Source: Candidatus Fermentibacteraceae bacterium
GTDB taxonomy: Bacteria > Fermentibacterota > Fermentibacteria > Fermentibacterales > JCC-6
Assembly: GCA_041750285.1 (NCBI GenBank)
Contig: JBGSZS010000018.1
Span: forward strand, 192,001 to 256,000
Direction: 5' to 3'
Length of the DNA: 64,000 nt
Both the position numbers and the translations under genes were made by a program. This document shows positions 27,793-35,955 of this stretch, one piece after another. Below the pieces are notes generated by a model. The model did not search any database, had not been told where the DNA came from, and worked only from the letters and a program-made list of their open reading frames with translations. Position 1 is the first letter of the stretch. Each line of letters begins with the position of its first letter.

Positions 27793-30189
27793 TTACTTCC
27801 TCGTCAGCCTGCACACCCTTCCCGCAACTGGTGCGGAGCTGCCGGCGCCGACAACCCGGACGCCCCTTGACTCGGCGGCCTTCACCCGGGCGGCCATGGG
27901 GGTGAACTCGAGCTCAAGCCACCTTCTGTCACCCGGGCTGAGAACGATTACATCGGCCTCGTCGGGGTTTCCCTCGACCCTGATGTCGGGTCCGCCCGGA
28001 GTCTGGAACCTTCCCCTCGGGCAAAGGTAGCTGTCACGGCCAACTGCGATCGTGCCCGCGGAATAGTGCCTGAGTGTTACCGGGCACTTGAGCGAGCAAA
28101 TGTCGCAGAGAGCATCTTCGTCATCATGGTGAAGACAGGCCCGTCCCGGCCACGGAAGCTTCACGCTGACGGCAGCCGTCGGGCAGACGTCGGTGCAGTT
28201 GCCGCAGCCCGTGCAGTCGGTTTCCCCGAAAGGCAGGTCCATGGCGGGCCTGACCCTTGTCTCGAAGCCCCTGCCCACGAATCCCAACGCGGGCTTCTGC
28301 AGTATGAAGGTACACGTCCTTATGCACTTGCCGCAGAGTATGCACTTGTTCGCGTCGTATACCATGAGGGTGTGGCTCTCGTCCACACGTTCACGGGCGG
28401 TCTTGCCCCTGAACCTGTCCATGTCCATGCCGTACTCTTCGCACAGCAGCCTGAGGTCGCAGTCATCGTATCGGACGCAACCGCAGGAGAGGCAGCGGGC
28501 GGCCTCGTCCGAGCACTGGGCTGCGTCGATGGGCAGAGCCACCTCCACGTCCATGCTCCGCCTTTGCCCGGCATGGACAGCTCCCTGCTGATTCGCGGGT
28601 TTCTCTTCCCTTTCGGGCAGAAGGTCGCGCCCGGGTTTCTCCCAGAAACCCTTGCTCGCCCTGAAAGGGGTCTTCTTCCTGACTCCCGTGAGGTGTCCGT
28701 GAATCGCTTCGGCGGCGTTCCTGCCATCGCGGATGGAGTCGATGACGACTGTGGGGCCGTGGTAACCGGCGTCGCCTGCGGCGAAGACCCCGGCCAGGTT
28801 GGTTTCGACTCCGGTGTCGCTGCCGGTGTCGATGGTATTCCAGCGAGTCACTCTCAGCTCTTCGTTCAGACCCGTGAGAAGGGGTTCCTGGCCAATGGCG
28901 CTGACGACAAGGTCGCAATCCAGGATGAACTCGCTGTCATCCATGGGTACCGGGCTTCTTCTTCCCGAAGCATCGGGTTCGCCAAGTGTCATCCTGATGC
29001 AGCGAAGACCCTTCAGAACCTTGTCGGATGTGCGCTCGATGCCCACCGGAGCGGCAAGCTCCATGAGTTCGATGCCTTCCTCGAGAGCTTCCTCGATCTC
29101 GAGGCTGTCGCACGGCATCTCCAGCCTGGTGCGCCGGTAGAGGATTATGACGCGGTCTGCCCCAAGCCTCCATGCGGTCCGCGCGGCATCCATGGCCGTG
29201 TTGCCGCCGCCAACCACAACGACCGTCCCCTTCAGGGCGGAACGGTTCAGGGCGTTTGCGACGAGGAAGTCGGCACCGGTCACGACACCCACCGTGTCCG
29301 ATTCGCCCTCGACCCTCATTGCCTTGCCGCTCCAGGCACCCGGTGAAAGAAGGACCGCATCGTGGGTCTTTCTGAGTTCGGCAAGCGTTACGTCCTGCCC
29401 TACCCTGGTGTTGAGCCTTATCTCGCATCCGGAGGCTTTCTTTATGAAGTCGATCTCGCGATCGAGGGCCTCGTCGGGCAGCCTGTACTCGGGAATGCCG
29501 TAGCGAAGCATTCCACCGGCTTTTTCCATTGCCTCGATGATCACCGGTTCATGCCCCCAGAGGCCAAGGAAGTACGCAGCGGTGAGGCCGGCGGGACCGG
29601 AGCCCACAATGGCCACTTTCCTGCCCGATGGTTCGGCCCTGGGCGGGAGTGTGTCGTAAACACCCTCCTGTTCCATCAGGAACCTTTTAACCCAGTTTAT
29701 GGAGACGCACTCATCGATCTCTGCCCTGTAGCACTGGTCTTCACATGCCCTTACGCAGACCCTTCCGCATACCGCCGGAAGAGGGTTCCTCTCCCTTATG
29801 AGTTCGACGGCTTCGGCGTACTTCCCCTGGGCAGCCAGGGCCAGGTAACCCTGGATGTCGACGTTGCCGGGACATCCCGTGAGGCAGGGCGAGACGCAGT
29901 CAGCCCAGTGGTTGGAAAGAAGAAGCTCGAGGGCGGTCCTCCTGGCGGCCCGCACCCGGGACGAATTGGTGTTGATGACCATGCCCTCGCTTACAGGTGT
30001 GGAGCATGCCGGGGCGAGGTTCCGCCTGCCCTCGACCTCCACGACGCAAACGAAGCACGAAGTGAAGGGCTCTGTGTCCTTCATGTGGCAGAGCGTTGGA
30101 ATAGTGTCGAGGCCGTGTTCGCGCACTGTGTCGAGTATTGTGCTGCCGGGTTTCGCCTCGACCGCTGCGCCGTTGATGGTAACCTTCAA
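27793..30189 (-). CDS. Fe-S flavoprotein: HydA/NuoG-like Fe-S N-terminus with inserted GltD/NfnL FAD-NADP module (StnC/BfuA-like)
   Basis: 2Fe-2S (PTLC..SCFVC..AC), HWADC, CGRVCVRACE, GSGPAG, VGGGNTAMDAAR, YRR, RCLSCGC, CILCGKC, CTGCGNC, CDICSLKC..C. No H-cluster or full molybdopterin domain. Confidence 0.85.
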   Translation of the reverse strand: MKVTINGAAVEAKPGSTILDTVREHGLDTIPTLCHMKDTEPFTSCFVCVVEVEGRRNLAPACSTPVSEGMVINTNSSRVRAARRTALELLLSNHWADCVSPCLTGCPGNVDIQGYLALAAQGKYAEAVELIRERNPLPAVCGRVCVRACEDQCYRAEIDECVSINWVKRFLMEQEGVYDTLPPRAEPSGRKVAIVGSGPAGLTAAYFLGLWGHEPVIIEAMEKAGGMLRYGIPEYRLPDEALDREIDFIKKASGCEIRLNTRVGQDVTLAELRKTHDAVLLSPGAWSGKAMRVEGESDTVGVVTGADFLVANALNRSALKGTVVVVGGGNTAMDAARTAWRLGADRVIILYRRTRLEMPCDSLEIEEALEEGIELMELAAPVGIERTSDKVLKGLRCIRMTLGEPDASGRRSPVPMDDSEFILDCDLVVSAIGQEPLLTGLNEELRVTRWNTIDTGSDTGVETNLAGVFAAGDAGYHGPTVVIDSIRDGRNAAEAIHGHLTGVRKKTPFRASKGFWEKPGRDLLPEREEKPANQQGAVHAGQRRSMDVEVALPIDAAQCSDEAARCLSCGCVRYDDCDLRLLCEEYGMDMDRFRGKTARERVDESHTLMVYDANKCILCGKCIRTCTFILQKPALGFVGRGFETRVRPAMDLPFGETDCTGCGNCTDVCPTAAVSVKLPWPGRACLHHDDEDALCDICSLKCPVTLRHYSAGTIAVGRDSYLCPRGRFQTPGGPDIRVEGNPDEADVIVLSPGDRRWLELEFTPMAARVKAAESRGVRVVGAGSSAPVAGRVCRLTRK

Positions 30190-30199
30190 GACCGACCTC

Positions 30200-31912
30200 C
30201 TATTCCCTGATGATGGCATCGAAGGGGCATGCATCGTAACACGCGCCGCACTTCGTGCACTTGTGGTCGTCAATGGAGTGAACCTGCCCCCTCTGTCCGC
30301 TCACGGCATTCACGGGGCAGGCCTTCGCGCACAGGGTGCAGCCCCGGCATGTCTCAGGGTTCACGGCGAACTTGATCAGGGCCCTGCAGGAGCCGGCCGG
30401 ACACTTCTTTTCAAGAATGTGGGCCTCGTACTCGTTCCTGAAGTAGCGCAGGGTCGTGAGGATGGGATTGGGGGCCGTCTGCCCAAGGCCGCACAGGCTC
30501 CCGTCGATGATCTGCCTGCCGAGCGTTTCAAGGAAGGGAATGTCCTCCTCCCGCCCCTCGCCGGCAGTAATGCGTTCGAGGGTTTCAAGCAGCCGGCGGT
30601 TCCCCACCCGGCAGAAGGTGCATTTTCCGCACGACTCGTCGCAGGTGAAGCTAAGGAAGAACCTCGCTATGTCAACCATGCAGCTTGTTTCGTCCATGAC
30701 CACCATGCCGCCCGAGCCCATTATCGCACCGGTGGCGGGTATGGATTCGAAATCCACGGGAGTGTCGGCCAGATGCTCGGGTATGCAGCCACCGGACGGG
30801 CCGCCCATCTGAACGGCCTTGAATGCCTTGTCCTTCTTGATGCCACCGCCGATGCCGAAAACCAGGTGCCGGATGGGTGTGCCCATGGCAACCTCGGCAA
30901 GGCCGCCCCTCTTCACCTTGCCCGCAAGCGCGAAGACCTTGGTGCCGGGGCTCTTCTCCGTGCCTCTCTCCCGGAACGCCTTGACCCCGTTCCTCACGAT
31001 CCATGGAACGCACGCGTAGGTTTCCACGTTGTTGTTGTTCGTGGGTTTGGAAAAAAGCCCCTTCTCCGCCGGATAGGGCGGACGGAACGTGGGCATGCCC
31101 CGCTTGCCCTCGATGCTTCGGAAGAGGGCGGTTTCCTCGCCGCAGACGAAGGCTCCCGCGCCCATTTTGACCTTGAGGTGCACGCCCTGGGCGAATCCGC
31201 GTTCTTCGGCCTGGGCTATGGCATTCTCAAGCCGTTTCACAGCAAGGGGGTACTCGGCCCGGCAGTAGATGTAGCCGTTGGCCGCCCCGATGGCTCGGGC
31301 TGCTATTAGCATGCCCTCAATGACGGCGTGAGGATCGCCCTCGATGATCGACCTGTCCATGAAGGCGCCGGGGTCACCCTCGTCGGCGTTGCAGATTATG
31401 TATTTGTCCTCCCCCGCAGCCGATGCGGCGAAAGACCACTTCATTCCGGTGGGAAAACCTGCTCCGCCCCTTCCTCTGAGACCTGAATCCTTGATGAGCT
31501 GGATGATCTCCACGGGCGTCATTTCCCGAGCCATGCGAAGGGCTTCGTAACCGCCCCTGGCGATGTAGTCGTCCATGCTGTCGGGGTTGATGATGCCGCA
31601 GTTGCGAAGCACCAGCCTGTCCTGCTTTTCCAGGAAGTCGGCATGGCTGCCCCGGCCGTCGTCACTCCACACCAGGTGATCTGCGGGGTCGGCTCCCGAC
31701 GCGATTTCAAGGGCCATCTCGGGAGTGACCTCTCCGTATATCCTGCGTGAATCCCCGTCCCTGACCTCGAGCAGGGGCTCGACGAAGCACATTCCGATGC
31801 ATCCGGTGCCCGAAAGCTCATATTCCCCGGGATTGTTCCGAAGGGCTTCGATGACTTTTCCGGCTCCTGCGGAAAGGCCGCAGGTGCCGGTTCCAACAAG
31901 CAGCTTCCTCAT
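30200..31912 (-). CDS. nuoF: NuoF/HydB-like FMN, NAD(H)-binding subunit (StnB/BfuB-like)
   Basis: GLRGRGGAGFPTG, NADEGDPGAFMD, GAGAFVCGEE, ESCGKCTFCR, two C-terminal 4Fe-4S motifs. Homologue-level name only; not respiratory complex I. Confidence 0.92.
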   Translation of the reverse strand: MRKLLVGTGTCGLSAGAGKVIEALRNNPGEYELSGTGCIGMCFVEPLLEVRDGDSRRIYGEVTPEMALEIASGADPADHLVWSDDGRGSHADFLEKQDRLVLRNCGIINPDSMDDYIARGGYEALRMAREMTPVEIIQLIKDSGLRGRGGAGFPTGMKWSFAASAAGEDKYIICNADEGDPGAFMDRSIIEGDPHAVIEGMLIAARAIGAANGYIYCRAEYPLAVKRLENAIAQAEERGFAQGVHLKVKMGAGAFVCGEETALFRSIEGKRGMPTFRPPYPAEKGLFSKPTNNNNVETYACVPWIVRNGVKAFRERGTEKSPGTKVFALAGKVKRGGLAEVAMGTPIRHLVFGIGGGIKKDKAFKAVQMGGPSGGCIPEHLADTPVDFESIPATGAIMGSGGMVVMDETSCMVDIARFFLSFTCDESCGKCTFCRVGNRRLLETLERITAGEGREEDIPFLETLGRQIIDGSLCGLGQTAPNPILTTLRYFRNEYEAHILEKKCPAGSCRALIKFAVNPETCRGCTLCAKACPVNAVSGQRGQVHSIDDHKCTKCGACYDACPFDAIIRE

Positions 31913-32373
31913 CGGGGACCTCCCGCGGCGAACTCTCTCAGAACCTTGACGGCTCCCGGAGGGGTAAGTTTTCCAAAGGTTTCCCCGTCGATCATCATAA
32001 CGGGAGACAGTGAGCAGCAGCCCAGGCAGGCAACCGTGTGCAGCGTGAAAAGCATGTCTTCCGTGGTGCCGCCCGGAGCCACCCCGAGTTCTATGGAGAG
32101 CGCCTCGACGATTCTCCCGGCACCCGCCACATGGCAGGCGGTTCCCGTGCATACCCGGATTATGTGCCTGCCGGACGGGGTGAACGAGAACTGGCTGTAA
32201 AACGAGGCCACCCCGTAGATCTGGGCTTCAGGCTCCCCCGTGGCTTCCGCGATTTTGGCAATGGTATCCCTTGAAATGAACCCGAACTCTGTCTGGGCCG
32301 CCTGAAGCAGGGGGATCACCGCCTCGGAGCTTCCCCGGGATTCGCGGGCCAGTTCAGCGAAGGATCGCTTCAT
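31909..32373 (-). CDS. nuoE: NuoE/HydC-like 2Fe-2S subunit (StnA/BfuC-like)
   Basis: GVASFYSQF, VCTGTACHV, VACLGCC. Homologue-level name only. Confidence 0.92.
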   Translation of the reverse strand: MKRSFAELARESRGSSEAVIPLLQAAQTEFGFISRDTIAKIAEATGEPEAQIYGVASFYSQFSFTPSGRHIIRVCTGTACHVAGAGRIVEALSIELGVAPGGTTEDMLFTLHTVACLGCCSLSPVMMIDGETFGKLTPPGAVKVLREFAAGGPR

Positions 32374-32427
32374 GCACTTTCCTTTCCGTTGGCATCCGAA
32401 ACAACTGAAAACGGTCCTGAAACTGAG

Positions 32428-32456
32428 AGGGGGCACCACCAAAAGCAGCGCCCCCT
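32428..32456 (-). terminator. Hairpin between gdhA and the nuoE-like gene
   Basis: Minus strand reads AGGGGGCGCTGC-TTTTG-GTGGTGCCCCCT; weak T tract, so read-through is plausible. Confidence 0.55.
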
Positions 32457-32470
32457 TTAGCTTACATCAG

Positions 32471-32497
32471 CAAACTAAACTAACTAAGTCCGTCCCC
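32471..32497. repeat. Solo copy of the 8186-8337 element end
   Basis: CAAACTAAACTAACTAAGTCCGTCCCC matches 8311-8337 at 24/27 positions. Confidence 0.75.
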
Positions 32498-33849
32498 TAG
32501 ACGACGCCCTGGGCGATCATGGCGTTGGCGACCTTCATGAAGCCGGCGGCGTTCGCACCAAGGACGTAGTTGCCGGGCTTGCCGTACTTCTCGGCGGCGT
32601 CGTAGGCCTGGCGGTGGATGTTGATCATGATCTGGTGGAGCTTCTTGTCCACCTCTTCCTTGCTCCAGCATGTGAATGCCGCGTTCTGGGCCATCTCGAG
32701 ACCGCTGGTGGCCACTCCGCCGGCGTTCGCCGCCTTGCCGGGGCCGTAGAGAAGGTGCTTGTCAACGAAGATCTCCACGCCTTCGGGGGTGGTGGGCATG
32801 TTGGCGCCCTCGGAAACAAGGAACACGCCGTTGTTCACGAGGTTCCGGGCGTCCTTCCCGTTGATCTCGTTCTGGGTCGCGCTTGGGAAGGCGCAGTCCG
32901 CCTTGTGGTTCCAGAGCGGGTTGTAGTCGAGGTCGGGGTCGACGGCGGTGTAGACGGCCTTCGGGTACTTGTCCGCGTATTCGCTGATCCTGCCGCGGCG
33001 GACGTTCTTGAGGTTCATCACGAAGTCGAGTTTCTCGGCGGTGATGCCCTCTTCATCGTAGATGTAGCCGGAGCTGTCGCTGAGCGTGACGACCTTGCCG
33101 CCGAGCTGGTTGATCTTCTCGGTCGTGTACTGTGCCACGTTGCCGCTGCCCGAGACGAGACAGGTGAGGCCCTGGTAGTTCTTGCCCCTGGTCTTGAGCA
33201 TCTCCTCACCGAAATAGACCGAACCGTAGCCGGTGGCCTGGGGTCTGATGAGGCTTCCGCCGTACTCGAGGCCCTTGCCCGTGAGCACGCCGCTCCACTC
33301 GTTGCGAAGCTTCTTGTACTGGCCGAACATGAAGCCGATCTCGCGGCCGCCCACGCCGATGTCACCCGCCGGAACGTCGGTGTAGGGACCGATGTGGCGG
33401 AAGAGCTCGCTCATGAGGCTCTGGCAGAACCGCATGACCTCAAGGTCGCTCTTGCCCTTGGGGTCGAAGTCGCTGCCGCCCTTGCCGCCGCCCATGGGGA
33501 CGCCGGTCAGCGCGTTCTTGAAGATCTGTTCGAATCCCAGGAACTTGAGGATGCCAAGGTTCACCGAGGGGTGAAAACGCATTCCGCCCTTGTAGGGGCC
33601 GATGGCGCCGTTGAACTCGATGCGGAAACCGCGGTTGACCATTATCTCGCCGTCGTCGGTGGTCCAGGGGATCCTGAACATGATGACGCGCTCGGGCTCG
33701 ACCAGACGCTCGACGATCTTCATCCGGCGAAGCTCGGGATGCTTCTCAAGCACTACCTCGAGGCTCTCGAGAACCTCTTGTACAGCCTGGTGGAACTCGG
33801 GCTGATTGGGATCCTTTTCAACTACGCTTCTGTAGATGTCGTTCAACAT
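32497..33849 (-). CDS. gdhA: Glutamate dehydrogenase, NADP-specific family
   Basis: GPYKGGMRFHP, GGGKGGSDFDP, DVPAGDIG, SGSGNVA, EGANMP, GKAANAGGV; strongly biased codon usage. Confidence 0.98.
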   Translation of the reverse strand: MLNDIYRSVVEKDPNQPEFHQAVQEVLESLEVVLEKHPELRRMKIVERLVEPERVIMFRIPWTTDDGEIMVNRGFRIEFNGAIGPYKGGMRFHPSVNLGILKFLGFEQIFKNALTGVPMGGGKGGSDFDPKGKSDLEVMRFCQSLMSELFRHIGPYTDVPAGDIGVGGREIGFMFGQYKKLRNEWSGVLTGKGLEYGGSLIRPQATGYGSVYFGEEMLKTRGKNYQGLTCLVSGSGNVAQYTTEKINQLGGKVVTLSDSSGYIYDEEGITAEKLDFVMNLKNVRRGRISEYADKYPKAVYTAVDPDLDYNPLWNHKADCAFPSATQNEINGKDARNLVNNGVFLVSEGANMPTTPEGVEIFVDKHLLYGPGKAANAGGVATSGLEMAQNAAFTCWSKEEVDKKLHQIMINIHRQAYDAAEKYGKPGNYVLGANAAGFMKVANAMIAQGVV

Positions 33850-33961
33850 CCCTCGAACCTCCAACAGATTAGGGCTTCGCCAGGTAAACGGAACACTCCG
33901 GATCACGCGGTGAATCCATACCGTTCAACCCGGAGCATTTTGAATATATCCGCGGCGCAGG

Positions 33962-34795
33962 TCAGGTCAATGCGTGGATGTGTTCCCTGATCCTGCGAAG
34001 GCCGGAGAGCCTGTCGCAGTCGTCCCCCGGCGTTTCGAGAACCGCCGGCAGACCGCTGAAACCGGGAAACGACTCGATCGCTGCAAGGGCTTCGATTCCG
34101 ATCAATCCTTCGCCGGGCTTCTCATGCCTGTCGCTTCCGCTTCCCCTCTCCACCTTCGAGTCGTTGAGGTGGAACGCCCTCAGCGAAGTGCCGAAGATGT
34201 CCTGAAGCACTCCGCAGAAGGCCATGGCCCCCTTCACGGTATCAAGTTCGTACCCCCGCCCGTGGGCGTGGGCCGTATCGATGCAGGCGCCTGTCCTGCC
34301 CGGAAGGCCAATGAGAGCGAGCATCTCCCGCAGTTCAGAAAGATCTCCGCAAAGGGAGTTTCCGGCCCCCACAGTGTTCTCGAGCAGAAGCACCGTGTCC
34401 GGGGAGCAGTTCTCGAGAACCGCGCGGATCGCTGCTGCGGCCTGCGCGATGGCAGCCCCCCTCTCATGACCGGTCGCGGAACCGGGGTGAAGAACGCAAA
34501 GACGAATCCCGAGCGCCGAGCACCGGGCGAGCTCCGAACCGAGCGCATCTGTAGATCGTGCGAGAAAGTCGGGCCTGCATGAAGCCATGTTGACAAGGTA
34601 CGAGCAGTGGGAGATGTAAACGACTCCCGCGGAAAGGTTTCTGAACTCTTCAACCACGGCGCCGGTCACGGGGCCTTCGCTGTATCTCCTGGGGTTCGAG
34701 GTGAAGATCTGGGCTGACGGTATGCCCATTGCTGAAACCCTTGCCGCACATGCGGCAAGACCCCCCGCCGCCGAGGCATGGATGCCGGTCAGCAA
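33962..34795 (-). CDS. nfo: Endonuclease IV
   Basis: GIHAS, QIFTSNPR, HCSYLVN, LHPG, LENTVG, CIDTAH, HLNDSK, DRHE, LETP. Confidence 0.95.
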   Translation of the reverse strand: MLTGIHASAAGGLAACAARVSAMGIPSAQIFTSNPRRYSEGPVTGAVVEEFRNLSAGVVYISHCSYLVNMASCRPDFLARSTDALGSELARCSALGIRLCVLHPGSATGHERGAAIAQAAAAIRAVLENCSPDTVLLLENTVGAGNSLCGDLSELREMLALIGLPGRTGACIDTAHAHGRGYELDTVKGAMAFCGVLQDIFGTSLRAFHLNDSKVERGSGSDRHEKPGEGLIGIEALAAIESFPGFSGLPAVLETPGDDCDRLSGLRRIREHIHALT

Positions 34796-35955
34796 GCGAT
34801 GAACCTGTTTCGAAAGTGTTCCGGAGTCACGTGCGCGGCCGCCGTCAGCCCGGCCCTGACTCTCCCTAGCCCTTCCCACCACGCTCCGCAGTTGCGCCAG
34901 GCGTCATCGAGCGCCCTGTGGGTTGAGGGACCTGGAAGGGCGGCGTTACCCGGCTCGATGAGCGTCTCGAGCCCGGCCATCTCCATGAAGCGGGAACACT
35001 TGCTGGAGTAGGGAACGGCCACGGGAAGCGCTCCCGCGACTACAGACAGTATCGCCCCGTGAAGCGGCGTGGTCACCATCACACGGCAGCCCGCGATAAG
35101 CACAAGCGCATGCTCGACTGTATCGAACTCAGCGATCGATGCCCTGCCATGGTGTTCCATGGCGCCCAGAACAAGCCGGCAGAACGAAAGGTCGTCGTTG
35201 GAGAGGGTGCCGGTGTGAAAGGGAAAAAGCAGTGCTGTTCCATCGTTTGCGTCCAGATGCCGGTCGAGCATCCCGGCCCATGCCGCCACTGCGGGTGAAG
35301 GGTCTTCCGCACGGTAGCCCGGTATCCTCCTTCTCAACTCGAGGGGCAGCAGGGCCCCCTTCCTGTTCATGACGTTCCTGGGGGCAACGCCGAGTATCCG
35401 TGAATCCACCGGCCCGGCTTCGAAATCGCTTCCGAGCAGAAGGGCGGAATCGGCGGCTGATTTCAGCACGGGGGATGTGAAGCCCCATTCGATAAGGGTG
35501 GAGTAGGTTGCCCGGTCGCGGGCCGTTATCCCTTCGCACGAAGCGAGCGCGAACCTTGCACAGGGGGGGGTGGTTCGCGCGAGTTCTCCCTTCCTGCCGA
35601 TGCCCACTGCCCAGCAGAAGGACCGGCGGCGGAACAGCCGGGCCAGAACGAGGGGCATCAGGTTGAAGGGCGAGTAGAGAAGGCTGGACCTGTCCTGAAG
35701 GAGCTCGCCTCCCCCCACGACGACCACATCGGCCCACCTGACGCCCGAAAGCATCGCGTCAAGTCTTCCGTGCCCCGTGTTAAAAGCCTTCACACCGGGA
35801 TAGCAGGAACCGGTGCGGGATGGATCGGCGGACATGACTCCCACAAGGGCGTTCATGGCGGAAAGACTGCGGAACTGCGAGAGGAGGATGGCGCTGTCGC
35901 CCAGGTTCGACCCGCCCGCCTCCAACTCGCCCCAACTGGCTGAAAAGACCTTCAG
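34789..35955 (-). CDS. Polysaccharide pyruvyl transferase family protein (CsaB/WcaK-like); probable CTG start
   Basis: NLGD, GGGELLQDRSS, AVGIG, ITARD, ADSA, LHGAI, YSSK. Confidence 0.85.
   Translation of the reverse strand: MKVFSASWGELEAGGSNLGDSAILLSQFRSLSAMNALVGVMSADPSRTGSCYPGVKAFNTGHGRLDAMLSGVRWADVVVVGGGELLQDRSSLLYSPFNLMPLVLARLFRRRSFCWAVGIGRKGELARTTPPCARFALASCEGITARDRATYSTLIEWGFTSPVLKSAADSALLLGSDFEAGPVDSRILGVAPRNVMNRKGALLPLELRRRIPGYRAEDPSPAVAAWAGMLDRHLDANDGTALLFPFHTGTLSNDDLSFCRLVLGAMEHHGRASIAEFDTVEHALVLIAGCRVMVTTPLHGAILSVVAGALPVAVPYSSKCSRFMEMAGLETLIEPGNAALPGPSTHRALDDAWRNCGAWWEGLGRVRAGLTAAAHVTPEHFRNRFIAC

Noticed and set aside
27793..32373. [FeFe]-hydrogenase, formate dehydrogenase or complex I
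   Set aside because: No H-cluster motifs, no molybdopterin catalytic domain and no membrane nuo genes.
32614..33990. 458-aa antisense ORF over gdhA, and similar long shadow ORFs (4537-6015, 16924-18285, 28066-29346, 29855-31309, 58721-59887, 61354-62808)
   Set aside because: They mirror well-supported genes, have no motifs, and are expected from GC-rich codon bias.
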